A DNA stretch of 64,000 nucleotides from Balanoglossus misakiensis (Eukaryota > Animalia > Hemichordata), in the NCBI GenBank assembly GCA_040954595.2, contig CM082583.2, forward strand, positions 5,392,849 to 5,456,848, in the 5' to 3' direction. Of this stretch, positions 26,215-40,901 are shown piece after piece (within the stretch, counting starts at the first letter, position 1; the number at the start of each line of letters is the position of its first letter). The position numbers and the translations under genes are program-made. The notes below the pieces were generated by a model, which made no database searches, had not been told where the DNA came from, and saw only the letters and a list, made by a program, of their open reading frames with translations.

Positions 26215-28901
26215 AGCTAAAGAGACGGGGATAGACAAGGATATACTGCTCGATTTTCTAAAATCATAAATACTTCCTCCGAGTCTTGTCGACGCCGGAA
26301 CAACCTGGCAGGGCAACAACTAAACACAAAGGTCCAGGGAATGTTGCATACATGAACTATAAAATCCTTGGGGTACATCAGACAGCAATGACAGAATTTA
26401 TAAGGAAGGAACACTATAGATGTGTACTTGTAACATCTCACGTCTGTTTTAGCGTCGGAAAAGCCGAATCGTGGCGTCACATCGCGGCTCTTATGTAGAG
26501 ACTGCCTGTTTGCGCGCCATGATCAGTAACGACACCAGAATTAACGGTGAAAATATGATAAAAGCGGACAATGAGGGTCGTACTCAGCTAAAGATACCAT
26601 ATGGAAACGTGTCACGCATGTAAATGAATACGGTATCAGCTCACCCGATCAACGCCATCTTTGCGTTTGGGGGGGGGGGAGGGGGACTGGGAGAAAAGCC
26701 TTGTGAAAATTGCCCGATATGTTCAATTCCAAGAAAGACATTTACGCGTATAGCTTGCAGATTATCCCATGACATATGGCCGTATATACGCTTTATTCGT
26801 ATAGACGGTATACCTTACGGCGGCATTTTAGTGCCTGCGACTGTACATATACCTTGTGTGTCAATAATATCCATTTTTAGAAGGACAATGGAATTTATGT
26901 CGTGCCCAGAGAAAAGCTGATGGAAAAGCTCACTTCCTCAAAGTAGCTAGGGTTTCAATTTTAATAATCCGCCGACTTGAAAACATGTAACCCGTTGCGA
27001 TAAAATAAAATTTTCTTTGAGAAATCCTTCTATTCAAATTTATTCCCGTTGCCCTGGGTTAAAGGCATAGTTATTACAATAAATGTCTGTATGTACCTTT
27101 TGCATTTAAATTGATTTTTGTGCGTACGTGAGGTCCGGGATAGTCTTTCTATTCAGGCGAAAACGATATCGACGAAGGCTGCTCAAGTCTCTGTATAGAA
27201 AGTGGCGATGTAGGCCTATGCTGTTTAAACGTGTAACGTCTCACTGAAATTGGCACTAAACTCATCAATTTTGCTGGGGCGTATCAATGCGATTCGTCAT
27301 GTGTCATTTTTATTATTAATATCCCCGATATATTAAACTGAATACAGATGTGAAAAATTGATCACGGGCCTGCGTTTCAAAGGCTTGGGAAACTGCCCTG
27401 CCACGTCGTTCATGATACCCGATGCGGGTTTTTTTGTTGTGGTATATATAATTGTTGACTTCTGATGGAAGTCGCCCAAACACTGGGGATGCGAGTTGCC
27501 AAAACGAAACAACGCTAGCTTCATATTCATTAGCCTCTTCGCGTTTCTATTTCGTCTGTTGTCTCCATTCTGTTATTTGAAACATTAATGCCAAGTCCGG
27601 GGGAGGGGGGGGGGCAAAGGGAAATTAAATGAAGACGACCCTAAACCGACGCCGAGCAGAATTCAACTTCCCCCCCCCCCCCATAAACCCATTATGCGCG
27701 ACTCGACTGAGAAACGTTGCGAACAGAATCTTTCAGCGCGCCCTTTAATAAAATTACGTTCATAATATGTTATAAGTGTTTCTATCAACCACTTGCATTT
27801 TTAATAGGTCGGAAGGACTGAATGGAGATGAAAAAAGTGACTTTTCCCTTTTCGTGAGCCATTAATTCCGTCTATTAATAATTCATGAAATTGGTCTTTG
27901 GGTTTTATATATTTGATCTTTTGTCGATTTCATCACGAAGTGGTTCGTTTTAATATGTGGATGGGGCTTTTGTCGTTTCAACCGCCATATGGTTTCTCAG
28001 CGGAGGCTGTAGCTTGACGCGCTCTGATTGGCTACGGTGCACCACTGTTGGGATTCTGTGTCGGCCTGAGCGTTGAAAAAATGGTAAATTTTAAAAAAAA
28101 TGGGACCGAACCGATGACGAGATTCTCATTGCTCTTCTGTCTCTCTGGAGATTGAAAAAGAAATAATATTCAGAGTGTAAAGTCTGTCAGTCGTGTGATA
28201 TTTTTTTTATATTTCTGTGTGCGCAAAACCGAATATTAAATCAAAGGATTTGGCCTATATGTAAAACGCAGCGTGCTGACATCAACACACGTCTGGCGGG
28301 ATTGAATTCAAAATACTGTCGCCTCTAATAGAATTGTCCTCGTTCCTGTGACGTGTTCACCAGGTAGACCGCCTGGTTCCCATAACGGCCGTGACGGCAA
28401 GTGCAGGCTACCGGCGACATCGTTGGCGACGACGGGCCCGGCACCGTTGTAACAGCAGCTGTTCCGGCAGTCAATACACTCCCGATATAGAAACCCGCAA
28501 ATGCGTTTGACAAACCAGAATACACAGAATACCCTGCGAAATTAATGGCAAACGTCACTGACACATGCCGTCGTTGTCATGTTTTATTTAAACGGACGGC
28601 TTTACAGAAAAAAATCTAACTATATCAGGGCTCGTGGCTGTTGCATGACGTCATACAACGGGCTACAAGACAAAATGTCGTATTTCAAGATAACCTTATC
28701 TTTTATTGTTATTTACCTTTAACGATGCGCTGATATATCTCTAAAATGTACATGAATTTTATCGAAAACTTCAAACACCGCACGAACAATAATCTGATGC
28801 GCCGAAGATTGACGCAACCATCAAGTAAGCTGCTCATGATATATTAGTATACCTTCTATTTTATGCTACAAGAAATCGAACGGGAAACAGTAATGCCCAA
28901 A

Positions 28902-28904
<3 letters not shown>

Positions 28905-28991
<87 letters not shown>
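28905..28991. repeat. (CAT)29 trinucleotide microsatellite
   Basis: Directly visible perfect array. It explains the poly-His and poly-Met ORFs in the track. Confidence 0.98.
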
Positions 28992-30448
28992 TGCCTGCAG
29001 ATCGTCACACAACACACACTCAAATTTAGTGTTGATGTAGGTTCTGATCACTATGTTGAAACTTCTCAACAGACTGATTAACATGCAAATTAGAAAGGTG
29101 TACAACGTTCAATTACCGACGCAAACGAGTTTGGTTATAGCAAAGTTGTCATCACATTGATAGTGTTGTAAGTATTCGAGAAAAATAATAAACTTCCTTG
29201 GGCATTAAAATTAATCTCTCCCTCGCGCTATCTTTCACAGAAAACCATTTCTTACACATTGATATAAAAACAGTGGACGTTTTAATAACTGTGTATCGTA
29301 TAACGGGATTCGCCCACGAGCTGCGTGGTCGCACTTTTGACAATCGGATAACGGAAGCGGGTTTGTGTCGTGACTTTTCGAGGGAGAGGTGAACACAGGT
29401 TTGCTGCAGCTGGGCGAAAAAAATGGGCTGCCATATTTCTACAAACCCATCGGTGCAATATAGCATGCGGGTGACGTTCGATTATTGTTTGTCGAGCCCG
29501 CAGCCGGGGGGGGGGGGGGGTCACTCGCACAAGATACCCGCACCCCTTTCTGTAACACGCGTCGTGATACGACATTCTACTCCTTCACTGTCTCGGTCAC
29601 GTGGCGACACAACGACCCTGCATGCGCGCACAAAAAAGCGACCCAAGGGCCCGCAGGCGCTGCCTTTATGACAGCGCTATTTCAGAGAAACGCTGCAGAC
29701 AAATAAAGGCTGTCCTCACATTATAGGGGCCCCACGCTCAGGCACTCCGATGGCACACGAGCAAAACGTGCGCGTCACATCTACATGCATATGACACGCA
29801 CGGCAGAATGCACGGACGTTAGAAACCAGGCCATTCGGGACAAACTCGCCATAATAACAAACACTCATTCCTTCCAATTATTTTCTAATATGTATAAATT
29901 GGAAATGCTGTAATTTTCTTCTTTCTCTTTTCAATGCTCATTTCTTTTGTTGCGTCGATTGCAATGATTATTGCTAGGTTCATTGTTAGCCGCCAGTTTC
30001 AAGGTAACATTAGTACGTATCACTCGTAATTAGCCCCCCCCCCCCCGCGATCATAATCCATTTCATCGTAAAACTACCAATATAGCAGTGATGTTACTTT
30101 TAAGCGATGCATATTAAACACATCAGCACCGTCGCTTTCAAATGAGAAAGGTTCGAGGTGAAATTTACATATACTGGAAATTATAAATTTTACAAAAAAT
30201 CCGAACCCTCATTTTAAAAATTTGGGCTTTAGTACTCAAAAGAGGTTAAATTACGACTGGGGGTTCTGCGGTAGACGGACGAAAGAGAGCCCACACTATA
30301 ACACGATAAGCTGTAAAGAAACTGCCATTTGTATGTTTCTGGGCCGATGACATATACAATGTACACCTTCAACAGAAAAACACACACAACACACTAGTCC
30401 GTCTGTGTCATTTTTTTACCGAATAGATGCTGGTGCCGTCAGGGATCG

Positions 30449-30462
30449 GTTGCCATGGCAAC
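30449..30462. promoter_or_regulatory. Perfect palindromic RFX X-box GTTGCCATGGCAAC
   Basis: Seen: exact consensus, embedded in the near-palindrome GATCG-X-box-GGATC (30444-30467). Binding is not shown. Confidence 0.6.
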
Positions 30463-33065
30463 GGATCGCTTCTCGGGCGACGTTTTTTTTCAATATTTGA
30501 ATCGCCGAGACATGCACAGTTTTGATAGTTATTTATTTATCAATCCATCCGTCCGTAATACGCTGATATGCACATTTCACCTTTAATTTATCTCTTTTCA
30601 TTCGCGCCGTCCATGGAAAGCGGAGCCGGCGGCCGTTTTCCGGTGGACCCGTACAAACCTATAGATTAGGTTGAAATGGGAAATCTTCGTGTCCAGATTG
30701 GCGGGAAGTGCTACGTGATGAAAGATGCTGAAATCATCGAAGAGTCTAATTTCTGCATTTCTGCAAATTGAATAGGTGCCTCACAGTAGATTAGAGCGAA
30801 ACCGTTTGCCATTCTCCCTTCTGGATGACGTCGAAATAAAAATAACCGGTTTAATGATCCGAGTGTACGCACTTGTTATCGGCTACCTTACCGGCCTCAG
30901 TGGGAAAGGATATTACAGTAATTCTCACTTCTAATTTGTGTACATGAGACGTTAGTTGTTATTTTTAGTGTCGTTGGGGTTTTTTGACGGAATTTGCGCG
31001 TGTTTTGTCCTGTGCGGATAACATCGGTATATTGAGTTTGAATTCTGTAATTCGGTGCATGGTATTCGAAGCCAATCAAGAAAAGCGGTAGAAACAGTAT
31101 TTTTTTTTAATGTAACTCTCTAGGTACATGGGAGAGTCACTCAAAATCGGGACTCAGTGTGACCTGTCCCATATCACCGGCAGTTCGCTCCCTTTTTGAA
31201 ATGCATTCAGCATCACCGCGTGTAAGGGGTTTCGCTCAACACAATGCACTCCGATCAAATTGCCGGCGGCGGTTCGCGTTAAAATCGAGTTTTAAATGCA
31301 ATAAACAGCTCCGAAACCAAGCTAATCACTTCGCGGCCCGAAATGGAGAGTGCTCCGCCGGTCGGGGCAGACGGAGGCAGATGCTCCGGCCCGATTTTTT
31401 GTCCAGTCGAAACCCGTCGGGGATAAAGAGAAACAGTAATTGAGGTGGACTTTTTGAGATAAATACCCGGCTCAGAGGAGATAACTCGCTCGAATATGCG
31501 ACAAGTGAATGTGAACAACATCAATATGCGAAATCGAGTAAAAAAAGAGACCTTTGTTCGATAAAATAGAAATCGGATCGCAGACTGAGAGAGGACGAAA
31601 CAAAGTAAACACCTCGGTCAATTTCATTGATCCTGACGCTGTTTGTTGAGTAAAGACACTTTCATTTCATGTAGACTGTCAAAAATTACGGAGAGAATTC
31701 GAAGCGCTAGATCGGCGAATGATTTACAAGCCGTGGCTGTATTGAAAGAGAATGATTAATTCTGACCACTCACTGACGTCGACTCCGAGGTGGGGGATCA
31801 GAATCGCGACGCTGTTTTACAGTAATCGTTTTTTGAATATTCTCGGTTTAGAGTGGGCTTTGTCTCGCCTTGAAGGGGATTAACCAGCTGTTTTCACTAT
31901 CAAATCACAGACCGGCTATTTGGTCTGAGATCAAATAGATCCATTCTGCTCCTTTTATGAGTGTCGCGACGTCGTTGCATCTTTTTTTTTACGGATGCGA
32001 TATTCTTTGTGTGTTTTCACCAGTTACTGATAAAGCCATTTGCGTTTCGTTTTCGATTGGGCGGCAAATTTGCATGAATTACACGCGAGAGTGAAGATCC
32101 GTTATTTTCACCCAAAATCTGGTTTGTTCGACTGTTGTCCTTCTTAGACTTCCCTTCCTTCCCAGGGAATTACCCCGAGTCATTTTGCGTTAATGCCTGT
32201 GCCAGGTACACATGTACTTATTTTATTGTCGCTGTTTTTTGTGTGTGTGGAGTGTAGGTTGTTTCTCGAGACTTGCAGATACCTCCGCTGAGGATATATT
32301 AAGGTCGGATCAATGTATCATCGAACGATACTGCGCCGATCAATATTCACCTGTTTGCGACAAAAAAAGACGGGAAGATTCCTGGAAATGCGGCTCAACA
32401 AAGCTGTCACGTGTTCAGTGTGGAGTATTTGCGATGTTTTAAAAAAACAAATCGCTTTTTTCAAGAGGCTCTGGTCTCACTGCATAGTTCTGTTTTTACA
32501 ACGAGATCGCGGGAGCGTCAGAATTAATCTAGTGATGATTCAACACGCCTGATTTATAGCCACAATAGAGACAAAGGCTGTTGTCGTTAATTGTTCTAAG
32601 ATTGCGCAGAATTTGGTGGCAATGGTCCATTTTGAACGTCACCGATACGTTTGTATTGTGTTGGGTATTGTTGTTCCGGGGGGAGGGGGGGTCGAGAGAC
32701 GCTGGCTCCTGTGAATCAATTTAGAGTAATGGGTCTGACAGGTCGTCGGCCAGCAGGTAATCCAATTACCGTTGAAAATATCCAGCGTTTCGCGCACAGC
32801 TTCACACCACACACGATTCAGCATTAAAACATCTGTCGCCGGGTTAGGGTGACAAAACCTACCGTACTTTCATTGCAGATTGGTACGGAAAATAAAGACA
32901 TAAGGGAAAGACAAACGGAAAGAATTATTTTGTGATTTTCCAGAAATTGCGATTTTTCAAGTTAATTCCGGCTAAATATCGGAGCAGACTATGAATCAAT
33001 ATTACGGTCAAAAGAGAATAGCGTTCGATTTTTTTTACTCTAAAGGCTCTATTTTCCTAATGGTT

Positions 33066-33141
33066 TTATGTCTTCGAAGTACTGTGACACCTTCGGTCTA
33101 CCGACCAAACCGTGTCGGACATATTCTGTATTTTAATAGAC
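33066..33141. repeat. Copy of the same old dispersed repeat; weaker third copy at ~33938-33991
   Basis: Seen: its reverse complement aligns by eye with 19190-19260. The pattern CGAAGTACT..AAACC..CGTGTCGGA recurs at 33938-33991. Confidence 0.55.
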
Positions 33142-34767
33142 TCGACCCAAGCAAGTTGTATCCCCGCATACGAGTCCCATCATTACGCTATAAGAGTTCA
33201 TGGAGTTCTTTCCACTAAAAGATATAATACTACTATGACCTGTTTTGCACTTTGTGGCTTGATAATAAAATATTCTGTGGGCTTGCTGTTGTTTTAACTT
33301 CCTCTATTTTCTGCCTGCGACAAATGAGGATCTTGTTTTCCATTTGCACCACACAGACCAGCGCGGATTACCATACGAAGGCGGGACGGCGTTCATCCAT
33401 TTCACTTTTAATGCATTTTTCACCTAGGGACGTCATTTGGGGCCATTCATCGTCACTGAACCGCCTCAGTGCACCCATACCTCTACTTGACCGCGTCTTC
33501 AAAAGAAATACAGTGCGCGTAGTAAATAAATACCCCTTGTCTCTGGAACCTGTGAAACACGGACCGATGTAACCCAAGAGCTTGGTTGGGAAATGTAATA
33601 TTTGGTTACGATCTGGTTTTGTTTTAAAGGAATGGGGAAGGGGTACTGAAAAGGCGTACATGTACTTATATAACCGTGCGTGAAAGCAAAGGTGTGGTGT
33701 TTTGCGTTGTATTACACTTTTCCTGGCGAGTTTCAACTGAGAAATATGTTTCTCGATGACAAAATGGACGGCAGTTACTTCGAACATTCGGCGCCAAAAC
33801 GTTTGTCGGGGGTCACAGAGCGCCGAACCTTGCTCTCTTGTGCAGTGAGACATGAAAGGGGTGGACACTTTCTGTCTTCGGTGTCTTTGGGTTGGGTAGG
33901 GTGAGGAGAAATGATTCTTGCATGGGAATTATTGTTCCGAAGTACTCCGAGCCAGACTTGCACGGCTGACAAACCTGAGTCCCGTGTCGGAGGTGGATGG
34001 GCATGACTGGTTTGGGTCGTGTAGAATGCGGCGTAAACAATTCCATCACCCACTAGGCTGAATTTTAGGCTTTACGTAATCGTATCCCACGTTACTCAAG
34101 ATCTGTTTAGGGCTTTGACAGTAACACAAAGGGCGTATTCTGAGACGAACGGCATGTTTTTTTCCCCCAGCCCTGCAAGTGACTAGTTGAACTACTTCAC
34201 CGTCATTCCGCGGAGTACAAAGTTTTCTTTTTGATCAAAAGGTAAATTAAAATAAGTAGGAATGATCTGACTTGTTCGCTGCCTTTGTGATTCCAGACCG
34301 ACGAAAAAACTGCAGGCATCGCTTTTAACAGGACTATTGCCGGACTATATTTAAATACTCCTCGGGACACACGGTGACCTCTGACCACGGCGGCGGGGGA
34401 CGTTTTTCATTCAACACTGTTGCCTGAATGACAATGTTGGTCGACAAGAATTCATGTAGTGCTCTCGCACTCAAGCGGGCAGATTAATGGAAGTCAGAAA
34501 TATCCAAGGTCGGACTTTACACAGAATCGGAGATTTCCTTTGTGTGCAATGGAAGCCGATAAAGCCAAGACAGGTTGCGCTCTGCTCCAACTTGAAGTGC
34601 GTGAGGCTTCAGTAACTTCTCAAAAGTCAACGGTCGCATAACTTTTTTTTTCTGTCGACAAAAAGTTGAATGCCATTTGCGCCAACCTATATAATGCTAG
34701 CGAAATATGCTTGTGTCAAGATTTTTTTTTCTGTATTTATCTACTACTACTGCACTAGTAGTAGACG

Positions 34768-34800
34768 TATTTATTTATTTATTTATTTATTTATTTATTT
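34768..34800. repeat. (TATT)n tetranucleotide microsatellite
   Basis: Directly visible. Confidence 0.95.
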
Positions 34801-37800
34801 CTATTTACTCATTCATTCATCCATTTGGGCTGCCAGGTACCGGTTGTCGGAGCACACTACACTGACAGTTATTGTCTGGCAGTAAGAACAAACATAACTG
34901 GGCTTGGATCCAAATGCGTTAATCTGGTGGGGATGAATGAACGACGCAGAATTTCGGGCAAAAAAGTTATATTGACTGGAGTTTCTCTTCCCGTTATTGA
35001 CATCTGTTTTGGAGACTGTCGATTGGGAGACGTCCGAGATTTACAGACGATGGTGGTTCTCTGTGTACAAGGGTTACTCATTATGACCAGTAAATTTATG
35101 TGCTGCCATTGATAAAGCGACGTGTTTATTGATACGTTTTAACAGATTGTGGATTCAGACTTCATGTATATTTCTGCGAGACAAAACACCTGGCCGCCGT
35201 GTTGAGAGGATAACATGGCTGCCTGCGTTGCTTGGTCACCAGCCTGGAGTGTCGGTTGTTATGGCAACCATTAGGATCGCGTGTGAGCATAACATGTACT
35301 GGTACTAGTCTGCCAGTGACTTTTTTACTAAGTACAAAGTCAAACGGCAAATCTAAATCCACGGCTAAATCTTGGATTATAATGGTCCCCTTTGGTAAAA
35401 ATGAGCGCTAACTTATATGTCCCGTCACACCTCCAGCCGCAACACCAACGCAGTGAAATATCACAACATCACGCGCGGGTTACAATGCCCATTTTTCATC
35501 ACAGCCAGGGGTCAAGCAAGGTCACCTCTTAAAAATACGACACAGAGATCGCTATGGGAAAGCGCACACAGTCATTCTATGCACGCTCAAAACCCGATGA
35601 GAAGGCGACGTGGTCATTACATGGGCGTTTTCTGACAATTGCAGCGCCCGACACCGTGTTAGTTGTCAAGATATCGGAGAGTTTGGTTACTCCTGGCCCC
35701 CGCCACCGCTTTCTCCCAAAATGCGCAGATGTCAATCAGATATACAAAGTTAATATGGCATTGGCTTGCATTGTGAGCGCACTGCACATTGAGAAAGGAA
35801 AGCTTGGATAGTGAAATTTTTAAAAGTCGCGACGGTGGGTCGAGGGTAGCAGCTGCTTGGACAGACAGACAGACAGACGAACACATCTCGTATGCACACG
35901 AGTTAGTATGCCCGGAACGTCGCATTAGGCACGTCTTTACCCCCTAGCTCTTGACCCCCGGCGAAATAGAACACAGCCCCGGCCCGTATTAGCATACTGC
36001 CATCCGCGCTGATTTCCCACGTGAAGCTATAAGCTCTCGTTAGGTGCCGGAATAGTGTTTGTTAATTTAGTGTGTCACTCGGAGAGTCAACCATTTGCAG
36101 TATATATTGCGGGTGTGTTTATTTGCATTTAGAGCCGGCGGAGCACGTACTTTGGAATATATACGTTGTAATCTTCAGTTCGTATTCAATTGCAGATAAC
36201 GTGAAATGAACACAGAAATGGTGAAATGGATCACACCCCGCGATTATACTCGCAATAACACAATTTGTAATTCTGCGTTAAATATTAATTCCATTTCACC
36301 ATATTTTTTTTTACAATTTATTGAACTGACGAACACGTCTAAAAGGCTCGGGGTACAACAGGAAGCAGCATATCTATTTTTATAAAAGTTTCTTTACTCC
36401 AGTGGATGGCAGTGACTTTTCCAATTCAGCAAATAAATCAGAAGAAAGTCGTATGTGATGAGTAACGGGGTCTGAAGAGGACTGAAGACTTTTTTGTTCA
36501 AGAGACGCCCGTGTACAGCAACGTTCTGCAGAGCGCAGCGGCTGAATCACTCGATATTGGCGTTTATTTGTCATTCCGATTGGCCCTGACTGGGTTTGAT
36601 TGATAAAGTATCCCCGCTGTTAGTGTACACTGTGGACTGTGCTATATGGTCTTGTTGATGAGATAGAGATTTCTCCGCTGCCGACTGATTATCAAACGAC
36701 CGGCTATACGTGACCCGCATGCCTAATTACCTCGAGCGGCCTATTTGTTGAGAGGATTCCGGGAAAATATCCGCGGCAAAATATTCCCACCGTACAGTTA
36801 GTGTCGCCGTGGTAACCTTTCTGAGCACGAAAAGCGAATTCTTAGAATTTGGATGAAATTGATTTTATTTTCCGTGCGCAAATAGACTAGTATTTTGTAG
36901 AAATTAGTGAGTCTGGCGCAGGCAATGAGAACGATCTGCATTACCCGGTGTTTTATTGCCCTATCACACTCCCCTTTACTTATTAATTACGACAGCCAGC
37001 CACATTTAACATTTACTTCTTGTCAACGATTATCGGAGCGCCTGGATTATCTTCTTCCAGATGAAAATTCGCCAGACGTACAGTTCCTATCAAGAGTGAT
37101 CACCGCGCTGAGCATCTTCTTATGCAAACAGAAATTAATAACCCTCGAAATCCCCAAAGTGCAGATTTCTCAACGCGTGCGGGTAATTGACTCGGGTTCT
37201 CAGACTCGGTTTTGTTTCATGCAACCACGATCAGAGCCGATCAGAAGAAAATAAAAAATCGAATCCAAATCCAAACATTTGATTCCGCGCTTTTTTATGG
37301 GCTTTTTGACACAACCTGGGCAAACTTACCGAGAATGGATTTGCAAATATTAACAAAGATGTGCCAAATAACCGGCGCAAGAAATCTAAAGCGGAGAAAA
37401 TCGCATTTTTAGGGGGGCGAGGCGAGATTTTTTTTGTCCGCTGTTGTGTTGTGTTGCCTCTGTCGAATTCAAACACGGAAACCGTTGGCGCCACCAGCTG
37501 CCGCTTAAACTGTTTTGGCGGAACTTCAAGAGCGGCGAAACGGCGGCCCTTGTATCGCTCGAGGTGCAAATTAACAGATCCCAGATATCTGCATGGCTGA
37601 TGGAAGCGTCTATTTTAAATGCATCCCGCATCGCAGACGCAAAAGATGCTGCCTTTCAAAGCGGGCCACATGTAAAATTAAAAAAATAGTCCGACAAATA
37701 ATGCAGCGGCACTATTGGGTATCGGAGGGAGATTTATGGAGCGAGTTTCATTTCTCATGCCGTCTATTGTAATACTATCCGATCTGCGCCTAGGGCGGAC

Positions 37801-40076
37801 ATATGTTTCCTTTGCATTGCACGTTACCTCGTATCCATCAATTTCTGCGGCATTTCATTCCGTCTTTATTCCACGGGATGAAAAGGTCCTGTCTACATTT
37901 TAATTACGTTTAATACAGATACCGATTTCCGAGCACGACTTCTGGACGCGAAAAGAGTGGGTACATACGGCGCATACCATATCGCTTGCTCTTACAAGCA
38001 TACCCCCTATTTTAATTGTTGAACGAGCTGTGGGTCCATTAACATTGATCGTACGACTGGAAGCAAATAGCAACACGAATCGACATTAAAGTGAGTAGCT
38101 GGCACAAAAGATATTATAACGGCCAATAAACAAAATAGTCGCCTAGAATAAACGTGTGATGTGGCCATATTTACTGATAGCGATTTGGCTTTTAGATGAT
38201 TCGGTGTATTTTATTGAGAGTATACCGTAAAGAGCTTGAGCTGCAGGAACGGCAAATTGTGTAGATGCGAGACAGGATTAAAAAGTAGAAATACAACACC
38301 CAGACTTGCGTGAAAATATCCGCTCGGTTGAAGAGCGCCTGACCCTGACCCAAGGTCGAGCTGTTTATTTTCACTGCTGGCCGTCACTTTATCGGACCAT
38401 AAACCAAAAAGACAACAACAATAGCAGGTGATTGAAATACATCGACTGACCGAGAGACAAATTTATACAGTTATCACTTTCTGAATAGCTGAAATCGATT
38501 TTAAGGCATTGCTGCTGTCTGGGTATTTATTTATTGAGGGCCTTGCTTTTGTTCCCGCATCTCGTCAACCCACGAGATGACGAGTGCATCAGACTGGCGA
38601 GTTTCTTTGTCATTTGCATTCACAAGCTATAAACACGAGAAACGGTAAATGAGTTTGGTATAGTGTGTACGCGTACACCTTAGGTTGATCAAAGTGAAGT
38701 CAATGGCATCAGCATTTCAATTACTGTATCTTAGTTTGACTTCAGTCTAGAGTAGAAATTATTGCGCGTTAGTGAATACTCAAGTTATTTCCCACAGGAC
38801 AATATAATCCTGGATGGTATGGGGGAATTTGAACTCAATGTGCCTACTAAAATACGATTTATTTATTATTTAAGTTAAATATAAGTTCTTCGGCGGCACT
38901 CACTAACGATCTATGGGCACTTTATACAAAATGGCAGATTTTCATTTCCGCCATCTTGGCAACCCCGTTGGACTGTGGGATACAGCCGCAATGTTGGCTG
39001 GGATACATTTGGAGGTATGTTGCGGAATATCCAAAACAAAAATATCACGCAATATTGAAATAATGTATCGTATCACAAGTCTTTACATTCGAAGCACATT
39101 TCAGTGTAAAAGAAACGCGGTGCTGCCCAACAAAGATCAACAACATGGCAGGCGATAGATCTAGATGGATTTGATGAGCAAGAGCGTTGCATGCATGTAT
39201 TATGAATGTTCAGTTGTTTTTGTGAAGTAAGAATCGCGCAAAAAGGCGCATGTGCGATTGACAATGAAGCAAGAACTACGACAAGTTGTTGTGGGTAACA
39301 GCGACCCTTTGAAGATATGACGTTACAGGAAGGAGTCGTTGCAAGCATTAGAAAAACCATCTGACGACGGTGACCCTGCAGGAGAAAAAAAACGTTCCAC
39401 GCTCAAATTACGCTTATCAGAGCGGATCAGTTCGAGGGAACCAGTCCAATCGTTGAGTGTCTTGTCATCCAGTACAAATACTGACCCTTCCCCGCGGAAA
39501 CACGAGAAGTCTGGGTTGTTTTTTAATCTGTCGTACACATGTCATCTTAAATATTTCAGTTAATATTAATTGACAGCAATACGGAGTTTAAATCCGTATA
39601 CAGTACAACTATTTGAATTTTGCATGGGAATTGTTTTAATTGACAGCAAAACATTTCACGATTTAATACATATAGAAATACAAAAACCATGAAAATCTGG
39701 TGTCATTTTAATTCTGACGGGTTATTTTTGATATCTCATTCTGTAACTGTTCTCGAATACATGCCCGGCCATCATTTAGTTACGTCTTTGCTTGCCGCTG
39801 TAAAGAAAACAATATCTGACCGTCTATAATTAACACACTGTCTGGCACGCTTGCCAATAATTCCGGACTGGCTGACAGAATTGCGTTAATGCACCGGGGT
39901 ATTACGGCAACCAATTGATTTACGGGGTGAACTATCTGAAGCATTCAGAGTATGGGACACTATACACTTTCAGTATTTTATCTTTGTCACCCGGTCTCTC
40001 GCTGTTTTTTTCCGCTTGTCCTGATTTGTCTTGCTTGCTTCTGTATCTCTCACGACATCCATGCATGTTAATCGGG

Positions 40077-40099
40077 CCTCTCTCTCTCACACTCTCTCT

Positions 40100-40132
<33 letters not shown>
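40077..40132. repeat. Imperfect (CT)n microsatellite
   Basis: Directly visible. It explains the SLSLSL and ERERER ORFs. Confidence 0.95.
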
Positions 40133-40134
<2 letters not shown>

Positions 40135-40736
40135 CTTCTCTCTTCTTGTCTCTTTTCCGTTGTCCTCGTTTTGCCTCCACCCCCCCCTACTGACAAGATA
40201 AATCGCGCAGCAGACTCGCAAGCGATAACACATCACCATGACGCAGCGTATATAATGAAACTCCGGGAACATCGTTCATAAAAACCGAATTTCCTTGTCG
40301 ATACAGGAAGCGTAACGCGAAAAAAAAGCCGGGAGCATATCCGTCATAGAAGATGCATTTCTCTCAGTAGCCGTGGGAGTTATCAATTTCAAATACAGAT
40401 CCGAACAATAATGGCGTCAAAATTTATAAACATACAACGTTACCGACGATTACAAAATTTAGCACCTGGTATTAATATTGTCTCATTAATTACTGATACA
40501 TGTCAAGACGTAAAGTCGTGCGTAATTTTGAGTCGTAAAAACATGACTGTTTTAATAGTAATCATAAAGTGCGGATATGCATTTCACCCATGATTTATTT
40601 ATTATTGAGGAGACGAATATTTTAGCGACTCAGGCTTATCGAAATAATATACACTTCAATACATACGATATCCTTCAGACATGTTGTTCCAGCGAATTTT
40701 AACTAATGTGGGCTGGCTTTTATTGGGCGGGCGATG

Positions 40737-40768
40737 GACAGACAGGCAGGCAGGCAGGCAGGCAGATA

Positions 40769-40802
<34 letters not shown>

Positions 40803-40806
40803 TAGG

Positions 40807-40900
<94 letters not shown>
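40737..40900. repeat. Compound tetranucleotide microsatellite (GACA)/(GGCA)n-(GGTA)2-(GATA)n
   Basis: Directly visible; the 4-bp register is kept while the unit changes by single substitutions. Confidence 0.97.

Positions 40901-40901
<1 letters not shown>

Noticed and set aside
28863-29105. Poly-His and poly-Met ORFs
   Set aside because: They are translations of the (CAT)29 microsatellite; the flanks have no coding character.
33368-34053. 166-aa and neighbouring ORFs
   Set aside because: No domain similarity or splice context, and they overlap a degenerate repeat.
39915-40193. SL- and ER-repeat ORFs
   Set aside because: Products of the (CT)n microsatellite.
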